The notes beneath the pieces are model-generated. The model saw nothing but the letters and a program-made list of their open reading frames with translations. It made no database searches and was not told the DNA's origin. From the NCBI GenBank assembly GCA_963796285.1, contig CAWCKW010000003.1:256001-320000 (forward strand): DNA of 64,000 bases, written 5' to 3'. The DNA comes from Nitrospirota bacterium (GTDB lineage: Bacteria; Nitrospirota; UBA9217). Positions 63,238 to 64,000 of this stretch are shown piece after piece. A program made the translations under genes and the position numbers. Within the stretch, counting starts at the first letter, position 1, and every line of letters begins with the position of its first letter.

Positions 63238-64000
63238 GCGCGCACCTCTTTCCGATAGGCCTGGTGCAGGGCGGCCGTGACCGGGCCGGGGGTTCCCTTC
63301 CCGATCTTCTTCTCATCTATGGTCGTTACCGGCATGATCTCCATGGTCGTGTTCGTGATGAAACACTCGTTCGATGCTCTGAGGTCCTTTGGCCGGAGCA
63401 TGACTTCCCTTACCGGGATCTTTTTTCGTTTCGCGAGACGAATCACCAGATCGCGCGTAACACCCTCGAGAATGCCGGTGTCCAGGTGGGGAGTATACAG
63501 GACCCCCTTTCTGACCATGAAGATGTTGCTGATGGTCCCTTCTGCAACATAGCCTTCCCAGTTGAGCATGATCCCTTCGTACGCGCCGGCCTGAATGGCC
63601 TCGATCTTGGCAAGGATATTGTTCAGAAAGTTCGTGCCCTTGACGGACGGCGGGAGCGCAAGCGGGTGGTTGCGACGTGTTGTTACGACCGCGACAGAAA
63701 CCCCATGTTCATAGTATGCAGCGGGATAGTCGTGGAACGGTTTGGCGACGATCACCATGGTCGGCGCGACGCAGAGGGCCGGATCGAGCCCGATCTCACC
63801 GGGGCCGCGGGAGAGATGGAGCCGGACATAGGCCTCCTGGAGCTTGTTGATGCTCAGCGCTTCATTCAGCGCGTCTCCGATCTTGTCGAGCCGCATGGGA
63901 AGCTTGAGGGATATGGCATCGGCGGAGTGCTTCAGACGGGAGAGGTGCCTCTTGAGGAGAAAGAACTTCCCCCCGTACGCGCGCATGGTCTCGTAGATCC
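63213..64000 (-). CDS. Class IV aminotransferase (IlvE/PabC/D-amino-acid type), 5'-truncated
   Basis: IYETMRAY..HLSRL, KGTNFLNNIL, VAEGTISNIF, GILEGVTR, ECFITNT. Frame open to the window edge. Confidence 0.9.
   Translation of the reverse strand, partial: IYETMRAYGGKFFLLKRHLSRLKHSADAISLKLPMRLDKIGDALNEALSINKLQEAYVRLHLSRGPGEIGLDPALCVAPTMVIVAKPFHDYPAAYYEHGVSVAVVTTRRNHPLALPPSVKGTNFLNNILAKIEAIQAGAYEGIMLNWEGYVAEGTISNIFMVRKGVLYTPHLDTGILEGVTRDLVIRLAKRKKIPVREVMLRPKDLRASNECFITNTTMEIMPVTTIDEKKIGKGTPGPVTAALHQAYRKEVRACLKTQAI

Overview
A 64 kb window from a Gram-negative bacterium of moderately high GC. Gene content suggests an anaerobe, Geobacter-like or Nitrospirota/Desulfobacterota-like; taxonomy cannot be fixed from this window. 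There are four blocks. (1) 1-27.3 kb is an extracellular-electron-transfer locus. It carries the distal half of an OmcS-companion (osc)-type operon: a Calx-beta/CsgG-like protein, a PPIase chaperone, 26-heme and 16-heme cytochromes and an NHL propeller. This is followed by a GT2 polyprenol-phosphate glycosyltransferase, six TMTC-like GT-C/TPR glycosyltransferases, one more GT-C protein, an OmcS-family hexaheme cytochrome that lacks the polymerisation His16, and two HAMP-only membrane proteins. (2) 27.5-32.8 kb holds ettA, a parC/gyrA-family gene and a CpXC protein. (3) 33.3-48.9 kb is a minus-strand DUF11 operon whose termini are complementary: C-terminal Ig domains lack their last strands, and N-termini carry those strands. 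This suggests a donor-strand, possibly isopeptide-crosslinked pilus with lectin tip, pilins and outer-membrane base, followed by a triple-MshEN protein with an internal lipobox. (4) 49.6-64 kb holds a sigma54-type pair of small membrane proteins, a TPR/beta-barrel-FecR-lipoprotein-CHASE2 adenylate cyclase module, oppD/F-like ATPases, lpxC, deoC and a class IV aminotransferase. Several single-base frameshifts (PPIase, two TMTCs, ettA, one hypothetical) look like sequencing indels. No rRNA, tRNA, CRISPR array or transposase was recognised. All family assignments come from motif reading and recalled homology, not database searches.
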